A DNA stretch of 64,000 nt from positions 3,392,001 to 3,456,000 of the forward strand of contig CAWIPH010000002.1 of assembly GCA_963837955.1 (NCBI GenBank). Reading direction: 5' to 3'. Source of the stretch: an uncultured Verrucomicrobiae bacterium (GTDB lineage Bacteria; Verrucomicrobiota; Verrucomicrobiia; Chthoniobacterales; JAFAMB01). A program made the position numbers and the translations under genes. Each line of letters starts with the position of its first letter. Within the stretch, counting starts at the first letter, position 1. Under the pieces are notes generated by a model. That model searched no databases. It was not told where the DNA came from and was given only the letters and a program-made list of their open reading frames with translations. Below are positions 39,508 to 50,291 of the stretch, piece by piece.

Positions 39508-40995
39508 CTATTTAAGCGAGTCCTTTACATTTAGGCGAAAGAAATTCTTGATGCGCCACAAGAGATCGTGCTGTCCGATCACGGCTGGCTGAATCGCGGA
39601 TTGGTCGAACATGGTGACAAACTGTTGCAGCTTGGCGACGTAATGGCTGAGCGATTCTACCAACTCCGGGCGCGCTTCGAGGATCGGCTTAAGGTCTTCG
39701 GACTTTGATTCGAGCAAGAGGCCTGAGGTCAGAGCCGCGAATGAGCCAACCGAATGCATGCCGGTCAGAAGAGATACCTCGCCGTAGGTGTCCCCAGGTC
39801 CCAACCTCCGCACCTTCAGTATGCGCCCGTCCTGGACCTGGCGGCTAACTTGAATAACGCCTGAATCAATAAAGTAGACCGACTCAGTCTTTTCATCTTG
39901 CGCCAAAAGTTGTTCTCCGGCCTGGAAGTGGCGCCTAATGATTTTTGAGTTCAGACCGGCTTTTTCCGATGGAGTCAGTGGCTCGAGCATAGGCAGGTGA
40001 TCGAGCACCTCGTTCTCCGGGAACAGAAAAATGGGAGATGAACTGAGCGCATCGCGGACTGTCATCGACCCGGAATTCTCTCGCGGGGTGGCTGCTGGGC
40101 GCGCCCGTTTGTAAAGCTGGGCAACCAGCTGCGATCGCGCGTCTCCCGCTGAAGTAAAGAGCGAAGTACTATAACAGATCTCGTAAGAGATCCGGCCGCC
40201 CTTAAGATCCGTTGCGGAAACCATGCACGGTGGGTGCTCCAGTACAGCCGGACACGTCATAGCTGCCTGTTTAAGAATTTCCATCGTGAATTCCGGCTCG
40301 TTCCGGGCATCTACCGCCACAGTTAAGGTTCCACTATAGCGCTTGCTCCCGGCGCTATGGTTTTGAATCCGCATTTTGGCGATTGCGCTATTCGGAATGA
40401 CGACCACATCGTTTGCGGCGTTCCTAAGGTGGGTGGAACGCCAATTCACCTGCATCACCTCACCTTCGACTCCGCCCTCTAAAAGGATTTCGTCCCCGAG
40501 GCGGTATGGCCTTTCGATGGTCAGCGATATTCCAGAAAAAACGTCCCCCAAACTACTTTGCAGAGCCAAGCCGAGTACGATCGCGATAACACCGGAAGTC
40601 GCGAGCAGCCCCTGCAGCGGCCACCGAAACACAAACCCCATCATGGCCAGTGCACCGCAGACATAGATGGTCCCCGCGATGACATCGAAAAGGAGTTTGT
40701 TTTGTATTACCGCTCTGCGCAGCGTCGTCAGCAAGGCAAGGAAAGAGATAAGCTCGCGCGCGGCCATGGCCCACCAACAGCAAGCTAAAATCTGGAGCCA
40801 GAACTCTCGTGGCACGTCTTCCGGTCGATAGACAGGGTTAAGCGGCGAACCGATAAGCGCCACGATAAGTGCGGTGGCCGTCGCGAAAAAAACTGACATG
40901 CACACAAACCGGGCGACTTGCCTGCGCTGCGGAATCAATTTCAAGGTAATAGCATCCGCAACAAGCGCGCAGCCAAGAATTATAGAGAGGTCCAT
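39508..40995 (-). CDS. MscS family mechanosensitive channel with C-terminal cNMP-binding domain
   Basis: TSGVIAIVLGLALQSSLGDVFSG, RPYRLGD, VNWRST and IPNS; C-terminal YFIDSGVI...GPGDTYGEVSLL. Confidence 0.93.
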   Translation of the reverse strand: MDLSIILGCALVADAITLKLIPQRRQVARFVCMSVFFATATALIVALIGSPLNPVYRPEDVPREFWLQILACCWWAMAARELISFLALLTTLRRAVIQNKLLFDVIAGTIYVCGALAMMGFVFRWPLQGLLATSGVIAIVLGLALQSSLGDVFSGISLTIERPYRLGDEILLEGGVEGEVMQVNWRSTHLRNAANDVVVIPNSAIAKMRIQNHSAGSKRYSGTLTVAVDARNEPEFTMEILKQAAMTCPAVLEHPPCMVSATDLKGGRISYEICYSTSLFTSAGDARSQLVAQLYKRARPAATPRENSGSMTVRDALSSSPIFLFPENEVLDHLPMLEPLTPSEKAGLNSKIIRRHFQAGEQLLAQDEKTESVYFIDSGVIQVSRQVQDGRILKVRRLGPGDTYGEVSLLTGMHSVGSFAALTSGLLLESKSEDLKPILEARPELVESLSHYVAKLQQFVTMFDQSAIQPAVIGQHDLLWRIKNFFRLNVKDSLK

Positions 40996-41115
40996 GCGTT
41001 AGATGATAGAGACAGACTTGGTTTGACTTTCAATCCTCCGAAAGAATGATTAACCAATACGGCAAAAGAATGGGTAGGCTATTATGTATTCTTGAAGTTC
41101 GATTGACACGGTGGA

Positions 41116-41977
41116 TTGGAGGAACAGAATCGAGTCGTGAATTTCCCCCGACGATCTTTTGTCACCTCCGATGGCGTGCAGTTAAGCTATATTCGGCAGG
41201 GAAGTGGTCTCCCGGTCGTTCTCATCCACGGCTGGTCCCAGTGCGCCGAGGAATTCAAACATCAGATCGAGGCGCTCAGCGCGCGATATGATGTAATAGC
41301 TGTCGATCAACGCTCTCATGGCGAATCACAGAAAGTGTCTTACGGGTTAAAGATTTCGCGGTTATCCAAGGACCTGTGCGAACTATTGAATGAGCTGGAC
41401 CTCAATGATGTCGCGCTATTGGGTCACTCGATGGGAGCATCAGTAATCTGGTGCTATCTGGACCTGTTCGGTCCTGAACGCTTGTCGAAGATTATTTTAG
41501 TCGATCAGTCGCCGTTCATCACTTCGGACCCGCATTGGACGCAACAAGAATTAGAAGAATCCGGCGCTATTTGTACCGCTCAGCAAGTGTTGGATACTGT
41601 TGCCACCTTACGAAGCAAGGAAGCAGAACAGGTCACCCGACAGATCATCGATAGGATGGTGACGAAGCAAGCAACGTCAGAGATGAGAGAGTGGATCGTC
41701 CAAATGTAATTTGAAGATGCCCCGGAATTTTGCCGGGACTCTAATTTACAATCACCGGCATACGGACTGGCGAGACCTCATCCCGCGGATCAACCTTCCT
41801 ACCCTGATAATCAGTGGTCGAGCAAGCGTGATACCGTGGAAATCACAAGAATGGATTCACAGGCAAATTAAAGGCTCACGGTTCGAAGTATTCGAAGAAG
41901 CTGAGGGCGGCCGGCATTTTATGTTCATCGAAAACCCCGAAAAGTTTAATCGGCTGATCATGGAATATTTAAGCTAG
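41116..41977 (+). CDS. alpha/beta hydrolase (non-heme haloperoxidase-like), frameshifted at about 41704
   Basis: IHGWS, DQRSHGES, GHSMG and HFMFIENPEKFN. Removing one A in CAAATGT joins ORFs 41116-41709 and 41711-41977. Confidence 0.85.
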
Positions 41978-42314
41978 GTAACACCATTCATCGATGTTGG
42001 GGGATGACCCCGAATTCATTGGTTCTGGGCGGTCGACGAGTGAAAGTGCGTAGGCCACGAGCGCGCCGCACGTTGGGTGGCGACGTGCCACCTCGTTTAA
42101 GAACTCGCCAATCCTAACGGTTGGGGTCTCCGGAACGATCTACATCACGCCGATTTCGCTCAGGCGTGCTCGGTGCGCACACGCAATGTCTTCGCATCAA
42201 ATCGCCACTAACGCAATTCCATCGAAAAGCACCGGCGTCTGCGCCGCGACTGCCCGATTGAGAGCATATTGATTGCGTTTATGGCTACTACAAATTTTAA
42301 TCCTGCCGAGGTTA

Positions 42315-42749
42315 TTACTCGCTACTTGTCGCTCTTTGTTCTCGGACGATATCTTCGAGCGTGACAATGCCGATCATTCGCTTTTCACGAGTCAGCACGG
42401 GCAGTTGGCTAAGGTTTCTTGCACGCATCAAATTTTCAGCTTCAGCGATGGTTTGGTCTTCAAAGCAATAGACCGTTTCCTGATTCAGTTCCGTTTGCGC
42501 GAGTTCGATCTTCGGGTCGTGGCCGAGACCACTGACTTTGCGGTTAAGCTCACTCTCCGACACCGTTCCGAGTATATGGCCGTTCTTATCGGTCACGGGA
42601 GACGAAGTTATCCCCTCAGATCGCAGCTCTTCGCAAGCTTCCTGGACCGAAGCCTCGGGCCCCAAACTCTTTGCCTCGCGACGCACAATTTCTTTGAGCT
42701 TTCTTGGCGCAAGTTCTTCGATTTGGTCGATGGCGGATTTAGTTTTCAT
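42315..42749 (-). CDS. CBS domain protein
   Basis: SVQEACEEL...SPVTD..ILGTVSE and TIAEAENLM..QLPVL..MIGIVTLEDI. Confidence 0.9.
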   Translation of the reverse strand: MKTKSAIDQIEELAPRKLKEIVRREAKSLGPEASVQEACEELRSEGITSSPVTDKNGHILGTVSESELNRKVSGLGHDPKIELAQTELNQETVYCFEDQTIAEAENLMRARNLSQLPVLTREKRMIGIVTLEDIVREQRATSSE

Positions 42750-42797
42750 AATGGTGTGGTTTTGCCAAACCTCTTTCTGCAGCCAAGCTTCCACATC

Positions 42798-43442
42798 CTA
42801 GTCGGTTCCTCCGAAGCGGAAACGCTTGCCCTGAACCCAGGATCTTTTGGGGTAATCAAGCGTAAGCCAGGTTTTAGTGAGAGAAACACCAAAGGAGCCG
42901 CAGTAGGGATTTTTCTTGAACCTCACCCTTTCGAACGGCCCCGGAAACTCGGAAGGCACCCATTCGATAATGAGGCGATATTGTTCGCCGTATTTCTCGG
43001 TCGATAGGACCTTTGCGTGAATCGATGTCACACGGCTAGCCGGTCCAGTCTTCCCGAGACAGTTCCGGAGTAGAGTCTTTTCCGCCTGATTCGATCGATT
43101 GCGTCGGCGATTTCCTTAGCTTCCCAGGTAGGATGAACGTCGGATGTTCCGGAGGCGCTAACGAAAGCTGGCTCATTTTCATCAATTGGTTCGTTCATTG
43201 GCATTTCATCATTTAAAAAGTATGTGACCATGAGCCGGCTGATTTAGTCCGTTATCGAGGATAGAAAAGTACTCATGTTGGTGGTCTTTTTTTAGAACTA
43301 CGACTCGACTGCTTCGCGTTGGGGACGTGGTGCAGTGGTATAAAACACGGAGCGGCGCATTTCCTATCCACCTGTCAGCGGAATAAGCGGTCAAAAGCTT
43401 CATGGACATTCGCTTTCGTGCGATTGTCTTGTCTCTAGTCAT
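42798..43442 (-). other. chain of three overlapping small hypothetical ORFs (43209-43442, 43028-43231, 42798-43031)
   Basis: Consecutive ATG-started minus-strand ORFs with overlapping stop/start regions, between a regulon element (43512-43577) and the CBS gene. No recognisable motifs. Confidence 0.35.
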
Positions 43443-43511
43443 TGAGCGTTTCTTTCATCCCGGTTTAGTTCAGATTCGCCATAGTCGGAGACTCCACCAT
43501 CTGGCATTATC

Positions 43512-43577
43512 ATTCTCGCCCGGATCGTTGAGCCTCTCCCATACCTTTCTCGAAGTATTACTGTTGCTTCCGCGTAT
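43512..43577 (-). promoter_or_regulatory. regulon element copy 1
   Basis: ATAC gcggaag CAAC agtaata CTTC gagaaag GTAT GGGAGA N17 GAGAAT. Confidence 0.8.
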
Positions 43578-43619
43578 GACGACTGACAGGAAAGTGGGTA
43601 GGGAACGCTGTTGCGGATA

Positions 43620-44066
43620 CTAATTCGCCCTGGTCCAAATGTAATTTCGGCCCATTAATGCGATACCAATATACCCACGGACCTTGATCCTGTCTGGTCC
43701 CTGCAGTTCCATAAAACAGGAATAGGTTTTGCCGCTCTTCGGGTCGTAAACCGTCCCGTTCTCCCAGCGAGTGTCGCTTTTTTTTGTAAAGCCAGATATG
43801 AACACAAGCCCGATGATTGGATAGTTGCGTTTCTTTGGATCTGGATTGTAAATATCGGTCTTCTCTTTTCCCTCACTCGTCTTCGGCTCGCTCAAAGCCA
43901 CGATCCTGGCACTAAGTTTGCCTTCACTTTCGAACATCTCAAAGGTGGCGTCTTGGCCCTTCCAGAATCCAATCGGGGATGCAGGATCGGTTGCGTGAAC
44001 TGCGGTCGCTCCAAACCAGCAGGTGACCAGCACCAAGAGCGGATAGGGAAGTCGGGAGGTATTCAT
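43620..44066 (-). CDS. DUF2147 domain secreted protein
   Basis: Signal peptide, SPIGFWK, DIYNPDP, WENGTVYDPKSGKTY and VRGYIG...WTR. Confidence 0.92.
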   Translation of the reverse strand: MNTSRLPYPLLVLVTCWFGATAVHATDPASPIGFWKGQDATFEMFESEGKLSARIVALSEPKTSEGKEKTDIYNPDPKKRNYPIIGLVFISGFTKKSDTRWENGTVYDPKSGKTYSCFMELQGPDRIKVRGYIGIALMGRNYIWTRAN

Positions 44067-44196
44067 AGGTTCACGCTCCCAGTTCGGGCCGAGCAGTTCC
44101 GGATTACTCCGGCGAGTCACTGGCCCGTTGCTGGTTTCAATCTAGAGCATCCTCCCAATTTGCCGTCACGAGAGGATCGGCTAACTACCGTGACGA

Positions 44197-44262
44197 AGTC
44201 TCGTTCGGATCGATTAGTTTCTCTCATACTCTTCGCGACGCGTTACCGTTGTTTTTGAGTAT
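44197..44262 (-). promoter_or_regulatory. regulon element copy 2
   Basis: ATAC tcaaaaa CAAC ggtaacg CGTC gcgaaga GTAT GAGAGA N17 GAGACT. Confidence 0.8.
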
Positions 44263-44335
44263 GACGACTGATGTTCTTTCAACCCGCAGACTGCTCCTCG
44301 CGGCTACGAACATTTCCCTTTCATTGGTCAAGACC

Positions 44336-45178
44336 TCAACCGGCATTGTTGTGCCGCCTTCCTGATCCAACCGATGCCGTTTCGGGAATAGGTCGGATGT
44401 ATTGTTGAAACGTTAGCCAGTCAACGCGAGTCTTGTCCCATTCCTGGAGAGCGAGGCCATACGATTCAAACACCTCGCGGATCTGGGCCGAATTCAATTT
44501 CAGAATATCTTCGAGGATCGGTACCAGAACACTGAGTGCGCTATCGCTGAGCACTGTCCGTTTGGCGATGCGGCCAAGAAACTTGGCCTCGGAGACAGCG
44601 ATAGTATAGCCCTCCCGACTGTTCACATGCAGCATCACGAATAGGTCCGAACTGCCGTCGCCCATATAGATCGTATGATCTGGCGTCATCTGCAGCTTGG
44701 TTTCCAGTTCCTGCAGTACAGCAATTTTGCCATAGCCCGCGGAAACGCGTTTGACGGCAGAAATTTCGCCAGTCGAAGAATCGTATTCGAGCTGTGTGCC
44801 AAAGATGCGATCCGCTGGGACAATCCCTTCGAGAGCCGACTGAACGACATCTTGGGGGGAAGCCGAGATTACATAAAACGGAAAACTATAGCCGGCGAGA
44901 CCCTTTTCGAAGAACTCCGCCAACAGATCGACGTTATTTTTCAGACGGACATGCTTGCCAGCCTCAATCAGATGTTCTCTGCGCACGGTGCGGAATTCCG
45001 GGTCGTGCCTTAGCAGGTAGGCAAGCTCAGCGCCCTGCTGGACCAGATTGGCCTTCGCGAGTCCGGCCACCTTCTCCTGGAATGTAGAGACGCCCACAAC
45101 CTCGCTCAGCACAATCCCTGAATCGTTAAAGCTCAGCGTCTGATCAAAGTCGCTTGCCACCAGATATCGTTTCGTCAT
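44336..45178 (-). CDS. HAD superfamily hydrolase (phosphoserine phosphatase-like)
   Basis: SDFDQTLS motif I, VISASP, GK and YMGDGSSD. Confidence 0.88.
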   Translation of the reverse strand: MTKRYLVASDFDQTLSFNDSGIVLSEVVGVSTFQEKVAGLAKANLVQQGAELAYLLRHDPEFRTVRREHLIEAGKHVRLKNNVDLLAEFFEKGLAGYSFPFYVISASPQDVVQSALEGIVPADRIFGTQLEYDSSTGEISAVKRVSAGYGKIAVLQELETKLQMTPDHTIYMGDGSSDLFVMLHVNSREGYTIAVSEAKFLGRIAKRTVLSDSALSVLVPILEDILKLNSAQIREVFESYGLALQEWDKTRVDWLTFQQYIRPIPETASVGSGRRHNNAG

Positions 45179-45209
45179 CTCTGAACCGTTTATCATAACT
45201 TGTTCCGGC

Positions 45210-45276
45210 ATTCTCACCCCGGATCGATAAGCTTCTCCCATACATTGCTCGAAGAGTTACAATTGCCTTCGGGTAT
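45210..45276 (-). promoter_or_regulatory. regulon element copy 3
   Basis: ATAC ccgaagg CAAT tgtaact CTTC gagcaat GTAT GGGAGA N18 GAGAAT. Confidence 0.8.
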
Positions 45277-45394
45277 AACAAGCGAGAGAAAGGAACCAGG
45301 TGTTTTTGAGACACAGGCACTATCAAACAATATTCGTTCACGCCGGGAGCCGCTGTTTCAAAGTCTTCCTTCGTTCTTCTCGTCATGCGTCGTC

Positions 45395-45460
45395 ATACTC
45401 AAAGGCGACAGTAACGCGTCTATAAGAGTATGGGAGAACCTAATGAAGCCCAGCGAGATT
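45395..45460 (+). promoter_or_regulatory. regulon element copy 4
   Basis: ATAC tcaaagg CGAC agtaacg CGTC tataaga GTAT GGGAGA N17 GAGATT. Confidence 0.8.
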
Positions 45461-45568
45461 CCTGACGTTAGTTACATGGCTTCTTTTACGGCGACAGAAT
45501 GGCACGGCCTTTAGGGTTGAGAAGCGGCCGGTGACCTGCCGGAGCCATTAGCATAGAGACAAAGGAGC

Positions 45569-46027
45569 GTGATGCGAAAGGTTGTTACTTTAGCCATAGC
45601 GATTAATGCCGGTCTCTGCTTCGTCACGATCGCACAAGCGGATGAACTTCGATTTACTGCCTTGCCGCAGACGGTGCAAAGTACTGTACTTCGCGAGACG
45701 CGGATGCCGGATGCATCAAGTGTCACCCGAATTGTCCGGGACAGTAGCGGAATCTATGTTGTTACGGTGCGAGGCATAACGGGCGAACAGGTGGTCTACG
45801 TGAATGAGGCCGGCCTCATCGTGCAGGCACCGGCAACCATTACAACGGTTCAAAAGTCAGGCGAGACGGTTCTATCGGCGATCGAGTCCACGCTGACAGT
45901 AGTGACGTATGACCAAGTCCGACAAAACGTGTCGCGATACCAACTGCTTGAGAAAAGGGGCACGAACGAAGTGTATTGGGACAACCGGACCGGACAGCAG
46001 GTGATGGTTAAACGCGAGAACAACTAA
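45569..46027 (+). CDS. secreted protein, PepSY/BLIP-like fold suspected (paralog 1)
   Basis: Signal peptide, LPQTVQSTV and YVVTV...VYVNEAG; near-identical paralog at 52989-53447. Confidence 0.75.
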   Translation: MMRKVVTLAIAINAGLCFVTIAQADELRFTALPQTVQSTVLRETRMPDASSVTRIVRDSSGIYVVTVRGITGEQVVYVNEAGLIVQAPATITTVQKSGETVLSAIESTLTVVTYDQVRQNVSRYQLLEKRGTNEVYWDNRTGQQVMVKRENN

Positions 46028-46142
46028 GCCGTCCACGTTACGCTTCCGCCCACGCGGAGACTGTGGCTGGAGGACCCGGCGCCACCGGTTGAGATCAACC
46101 CGCTGGCCGTACATCGATGGAAACATCTTAAAGAAGGCAATT

Positions 46143-46481
46143 ATGAAGAGAACAAACGATATCCTAGAAACAGCAGACACCCTGAGCAACCACCTGATGG
46201 CTGCTGTGGAAGATAAAAAAGCGGAAGCGGATGAAATTGGTTGCGCAGCGCAAAACACGCTAAGCGACGGGCAGGGAGAGGCCGAGACCGCACAGATCGG
46301 CTCCGAATCAAAAGCAAAGACTTTGCGATCCAAGGGTGCGTATGGGCGTAGACAATCGTTATCGACAATGCTGCTGACGTTGGTGGCAGTTCTCTTGGTG
46401 GGTCTGCTCTTTTTCTTTGCGCGGGTGGTATCCTTCTTTTCAGGAAGCAGAAAATCAGGAAATCGCCAGCGGCGTCGATAG
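46143..46481 (+). CDS. hypothetical tail-anchored membrane protein
   Basis: Hydrophilic Ala/Glu-rich N-part, then a C-terminal TM helix and a basic tail. Confidence 0.55.
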   Translation: MKRTNDILETADTLSNHLMAAVEDKKAEADEIGCAAQNTLSDGQGEAETAQIGSESKAKTLRSKGAYGRRQSLSTMLLTLVAVLLVGLLFFFARVVSFFSGSRKSGNRQRRR

Positions 46482-46540
46482 CCTGATCAGGGAAGACGAA
46501 AATTGTCTCCGATCAACCCAGGCGTATACTTCCGTGCGGC

Positions 46541-46753
46541 TCATTGTATGTCCTTAGGCCTTCTCTTCAGCGACATAGTGAGAAGGATTCCAAGCGCGAA
46601 TCCGGCCGCGGAGGCGATGAAAAGCAGAACGGCGTGAGGCATGACGACTGTTGCAAATAGCAGGTGCGTTTCTACGGGCTCCCTGTTCTGGACGACGAGG
46701 ATTGCTACCAAAATGACTAAGACCGAAGTCGTGATGAGTTTAAAGTTGCGCAT
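46541..46753 (-). CDS. LapA/DUF1049-like small two-TM protein
   Basis: ILVVQNREPVETHLLF...MPHAVLLF...GFALG. Confidence 0.8.
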   Translation of the reverse strand: MRNFKLITTSVLVILVAILVVQNREPVETHLLFATVVMPHAVLLFIASAAGFALGILLTMSLKRRPKDIQ

Positions 46754-46999
46754 AAGGCTATAATTGACGATTCGAGGTTACCCCACCAAACGGAAAAAAC
46801 TGTACGCTTCTCTATTGATTCCCGTGTGGCAGATCGAACCGTCCGCTACTGACGATACTGGGCTAGCAACAAGTCGCCAGACACAAAGTTGACTTGTGGA
46901 AGCTCAAGAAACCCCGGGCGGCAGCCTGGAGGTTACCCACGGCCTTATCGATCAGTATTCAAATCTGCTAACGGCTTCCTTCCGATGCTCGACTTTGCC

Positions 47000-47065
47000 A
47001 TACGCAAAAGCGACAGCAACACTTCGGGAAGGGTATTGGAGAAGCTTACGGATCCGGGCGAGAAT
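47000..47065 (+). promoter_or_regulatory. regulon element copy 5
   Basis: ATAC gcaaaag CGAC agcaaca CTTC gggaagg GTAT TGGAGA N17 GAGAAT. Confidence 0.8.
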
Positions 47066-47137
47066 CATGGTGCCGGATAACGGATAACTCGGACAAACCC
47101 CAGGACTCACTTCAACTAATCGAAAGAATCAAAAACT

Positions 47138-47287
47138 ATGCTTTGGACAATAGCCATTGTTCTCATCGTGCTCTGGGCTTTAGGCCTATTCACTCACGTC
47201 GCAGCAGGCGGATTGATTCACTTACTCTTAGTCGTTGCCGTCATCGTGATCGTGGTCAACGTGATCCGCCGCGGTCGAATAGGGTGA
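47138..47287 (+). CDS. lmo0937/DUF5670 family small membrane protein
   Basis: Hand translation MLWTIAIVLIVLWALGLFTHVAAGGLIHLLLVVAVIVIVVNVIRRGRIG. Not in the ORF track. Confidence 0.88.
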   Translation: MLWTIAIVLIVLWALGLFTHVAAGGLIHLLLVVAVIVIVVNVIRRGRIG

Positions 47288-47483
47288 CAGATTGGAATTG
47301 CGCGCGCTTCCGGCGCTGTAAAGACTATATCCGGACCGAGATGTAGTAGATTGGATTAGGGTTGCACCCGTCGACAGCTACGATTGAAAGGCTTTTCTTT
47401 CTGAGCGATCCATGCTCTCCAACCGCCTCGCGACTTGTGAGCAACGTTTGTGTGAATTGATGACTTAGGAAAGCGGTGAGAGT

Positions 47484-47957
47484 ATGGAACCAAGCTCAGC
47501 TGAAAAGATAGTATGGCCAGCTGTCCATTTGGAAACAATTCTCGTGCCGACAGATCTGCGACCTGATTCGAGAGTCGCGCTCAGTTTTGCGCTAGCGCTT
47601 GCGCAAAAGTTCGAAGCTAATCTGGTGCTTTTGCATGTATTTGCGGAGTCCTATTCTTCCGATACAGAGATTGGTGCAGGGGCAGGTAAATTACTGGATG
47701 CAACGAGAGAAGACGCAGAGCGTGAGATTGCCCGTTTGGAAGAGCTATTGCGTGGTCAGTATTCCAAGTGCCGAACCGCCTTCAGAATTGGTAGTCCATT
47801 TGAACAGATCGTGAACGAAGCCGCAGAACTAAACGCTAGTCTGATCGTGATGGCCTCGCATTGTTACGGTTGGTTTGATCACCTAATCCACGGGAGCGAT
47901 GCCGAGCGAGTGCTTCGTCAGGCTCCCTGTCCGGTGCTGATCGCCAGGGATGCCTAG
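47484..47957 (+). CDS. universal stress protein
   Basis: ILVPTDL, LVLLHV, GSPFEQI, LIVMASH and GSDAERVLRQAPCPVL. Confidence 0.95.
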   Translation: MEPSSAEKIVWPAVHLETILVPTDLRPDSRVALSFALALAQKFEANLVLLHVFAESYSSDTEIGAGAGKLLDATREDAEREIARLEELLRGQYSKCRTAFRIGSPFEQIVNEAAELNASLIVMASHCYGWFDHLIHGSDAERVLRQAPCPVLIARDA

Positions 47958-48189
47958 TCGGAGCAGTTTTCGCTGCCAGTATCCAGCGCCGCCGATGCGC
48001 CTTCGTTACATCTGGGGTGCCCTGGCTTTGAGGATGCGCATATCCCTAACATGTGGTCCGCGACGAAGTCTCTCGCCTGCGGCGGGGCGGCGCGATGCGC
48101 AATTGGGTTTCGCCCTATCGTGATCGGTCGGGCGATCCTCCAATTTAAAACACAGATTTACTGAGCCGCGATCACTGATCATCGATTAC

Positions 48190-48771
48190 TCAGATTTTAT
48201 TCTGGATCGGCACCAACCGGTTCAACAGTTTCTTCTGAGCCAGATGTAACCGGGTTTTCACAGTGCCCACAGCAATAGATTTTTGTGCAGCGATTTCGCG
48301 CTGACTCATGCCTTTGAAAAATGTTAGCTGCACCACCTCTTGTTGCGGCTCCGGCAGCAAACGGATCATTCTGGAAAGGAGCTCGAACAAATCGAAATTG
48401 GTCGGCCTCACTCCGGGCCCTCGTATTGTATCATTAAATTCTGCCCTCATCTGCGTTTCCAATCGGTCAGTCGCGCGCCGGTAAACCAGACGGTGGCGCA
48501 AACGATCGAGCGCTCTGCGCCTCGCCAAAGTGACTAGAAATCCGTGCAATCCTTTTTCTGCAACAATTCGATCCGCACGGTTCCAGAGTTGGATAAAGAC
48601 GTCATGCAAGACATCGTCGGTCTCACCTTCTTCGTGTAGGACACTTAGAATCACTGACCGTAGCGTCGATTCGTAGCGTTGATAAATTGCTGCCATGGCA
48701 TCCGCATCTCGGCGGACGACCGCTTCCATCAACGCAACGTCTGTCGGTCTCTCTGCGTTTATTTTTTCCAT
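48190..48771 (-). CDS. ECF RNA polymerase sigma factor (SigK-like)
   Basis: Region 2 DDVLHDVFIQLW...LARRRALDRLR; region 4 LPEPQQEVV...GMSQREIA...GTVKTRL. Confidence 0.92.
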   Translation of the reverse strand: MEKINAERPTDVALMEAVVRRDADAMAAIYQRYESTLRSVILSVLHEEGETDDVLHDVFIQLWNRADRIVAEKGLHGFLVTLARRRALDRLRHRLVYRRATDRLETQMRAEFNDTIRGPGVRPTNFDLFELLSRMIRLLPEPQQEVVQLTFFKGMSQREIAAQKSIAVGTVKTRLHLAQKKLLNRLVPIQNKI

Positions 48772-49166
48772 TAAATGTTCTCCAAGTAGATTTACTTCCT
48801 AAGCCTAACCCAGGGCGGCTTTCCGAAAATCGGGTGCGTCCATGATCAAAACCGCCCAGCCTCCTTGGACTTGCGTAAACCGGTGCTCCTTCGATCCTGA
48901 TCGCTGGACATATGGAGCAAGCACGAATTGTGAAGATGAACGGAGGCTCGTTTGACGGTGAAACCAAAGAGGTTTCGATTGAACATGTGACAGAATGATT
49001 CAGTAAATATTCGGACCAAGAGGCGATCCACAGACCCAATTTGTACGGCAAGTAGCAATTCATCGAGAGTGTGTGCCGAAAAAGGCATCATAGACGGCTT
49101 GCGGAACCTTAAGTGCAAGTCGTCTCCCATTGGTTCAGAATGAAGACGCGTCCGGAGGCTTTTCGT

Positions 49167-49253
49167 TTACCTGCGTCGCGAATACCAATAACCGCCCCCA
49201 CCGCCAAATAGGACTAGCAGGACGATGATAATAACTAATGTTTCGATGCTCAT
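49167..49253 (-). CDS. DUF3309-like 28-aa membrane peptide
   Basis: Hand translation MSIETLVIIIVLLVLFGGGGGYWYSRRR, immediately downstream of regulon element copy 6. Confidence 0.8.
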   Translation of the reverse strand: MSIETLVIIIVLLVLFGGGGGYWYSRRR

Positions 49254-49261
49254 TGTTAATA

Positions 49262-49327
49262 AGTTTAGCCCTCTTTAGTCAGCTTCTCCCATACTTTTCT
49301 CCACGGATTAGCGTTGCCTTTAGGTAT
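49262..49327 (-). promoter_or_regulatory. regulon element copy 6
   Basis: ATAC ctaaagg CAAC gctaatc CGTG gagaaaa GTAT GGGAGA N17 TAAACT, then 8 nt to the ATG. Confidence 0.8.
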
Positions 49328-49614
49328 AACGAAGGATGGTCGAAGCAGAATCGCAGGCCTTCGGCGGTGCGGTCGCGGATCTCCTCACCAAGCTCACCAT
49401 ATCCGCAAGCAACTACAACGCTTCAAAAGAAGTCTTGGAGAAGTTTAAGCGTTCGTGCGAAAAGAATCCCAAGAAACGTTACTCGCGCAATTTCCTTCTC
49501 CTCTCCGAAGGGCCGATTTGTCGCCATCGCTCGGTCTAGGCTTTAGCTCGATTCTAGGGTGCAGTTTGCTGCACACGTGACTATTAAAAATCGGATCTAA
49601 CAATCTTAATTACA

Positions 49615-49842
49615 ATGAAACGCCTCTTAATTCTTAATATAGTTACTGTCGTGTTCGGCGCATTAGCTACGCTATCGTGCGAGGATACATCTGGTGGGTA
49701 CCAGCACGGTTATTACAACCGGAACTACTACGACGGGAACGCCTACAATAGCGGGGAGTACAACGGACACCCCTACAACGAAGGCCGCTACTCCCGCGGA
49801 TACATCCCGTCAGACCGCCCGTCGATCGACGTGCATCTCTAG
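49615..49842 (+). CDS. small Tyr/Gly/Asn-rich putative lipoprotein
   Basis: MKR, hydrophobic stretch and LATLSC lipobox-like site; GYY/YNG repeats. Confidence 0.65.
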   Translation: MKRLLILNIVTVVFGALATLSCEDTSGGYQHGYYNRNYYDGNAYNSGEYNGHPYNEGRYSRGYIPSDRPSIDVHL

Positions 49843-50161
49843 AGGCCTATCGGCGAGTGAGTTCCGAGCATCTGGTAGTAAAAGCTTTCTTTAGCCCGAT
49901 TCGCGGACGAGCCATAGCAATCCGTAGTTCGTTCCGGATCTTGCGCTGGGTGGACCTGCTGGCCTTATCTCTCGGCGGACTCAAGGCCGCTCGGCCTTGA
50001 CCAGCGCCAGCGCACCGGACAATTAGGTCTGATGCTGACTTTGGGCACTATAGCTACACCCTTTTTCACGCCCGAGCCCACGACCTTGATGATCTGCGTG
50101 ATGCAGCGGACGTGAAATAGTTCATATCAACTTGAATCTTAAAACGGGCGCTAAAGCCCGG

Positions 50162-50232
50162 GAAGCCATCGAATTTAATTTCGCAGATCCACTCGCCCAG
50201 AGGTAACGACTCAACTAGTTTCGTGAGGCATC
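50162..50232 (-). pseudogene. fragment of an ATP-dependent DNA ligase (LigD-like) N-terminus
   Basis: CLTKLVESLPLGEWICEIKFDGF contains the adenylation motif ExKxDG; similarity ends right after it. Confidence 0.65.
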
Positions 50233-50291
50233 TTTTTTGAACGAAAGAAAGAGCTTGAACGGATCGCAGCCCGAAAATTACGATCGCGGGT

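Noticed and set aside
41057..41089. Possible 11th regulon element upstream of the MscS gene (ATAC-N7-GAAT-N7-CTAT-N3-GTAT)
   Set aside because: The last spacer is 3 nt rather than 7, and the GGGAGA-N17-GAGAAT part is missing, so it was not counted.
42273..43007. 244-aa plus-strand ORF and other long antisense ORFs over tkt, pgi, kdp and the porin
   Set aside because: Shadow ORFs opposite well-supported genes.
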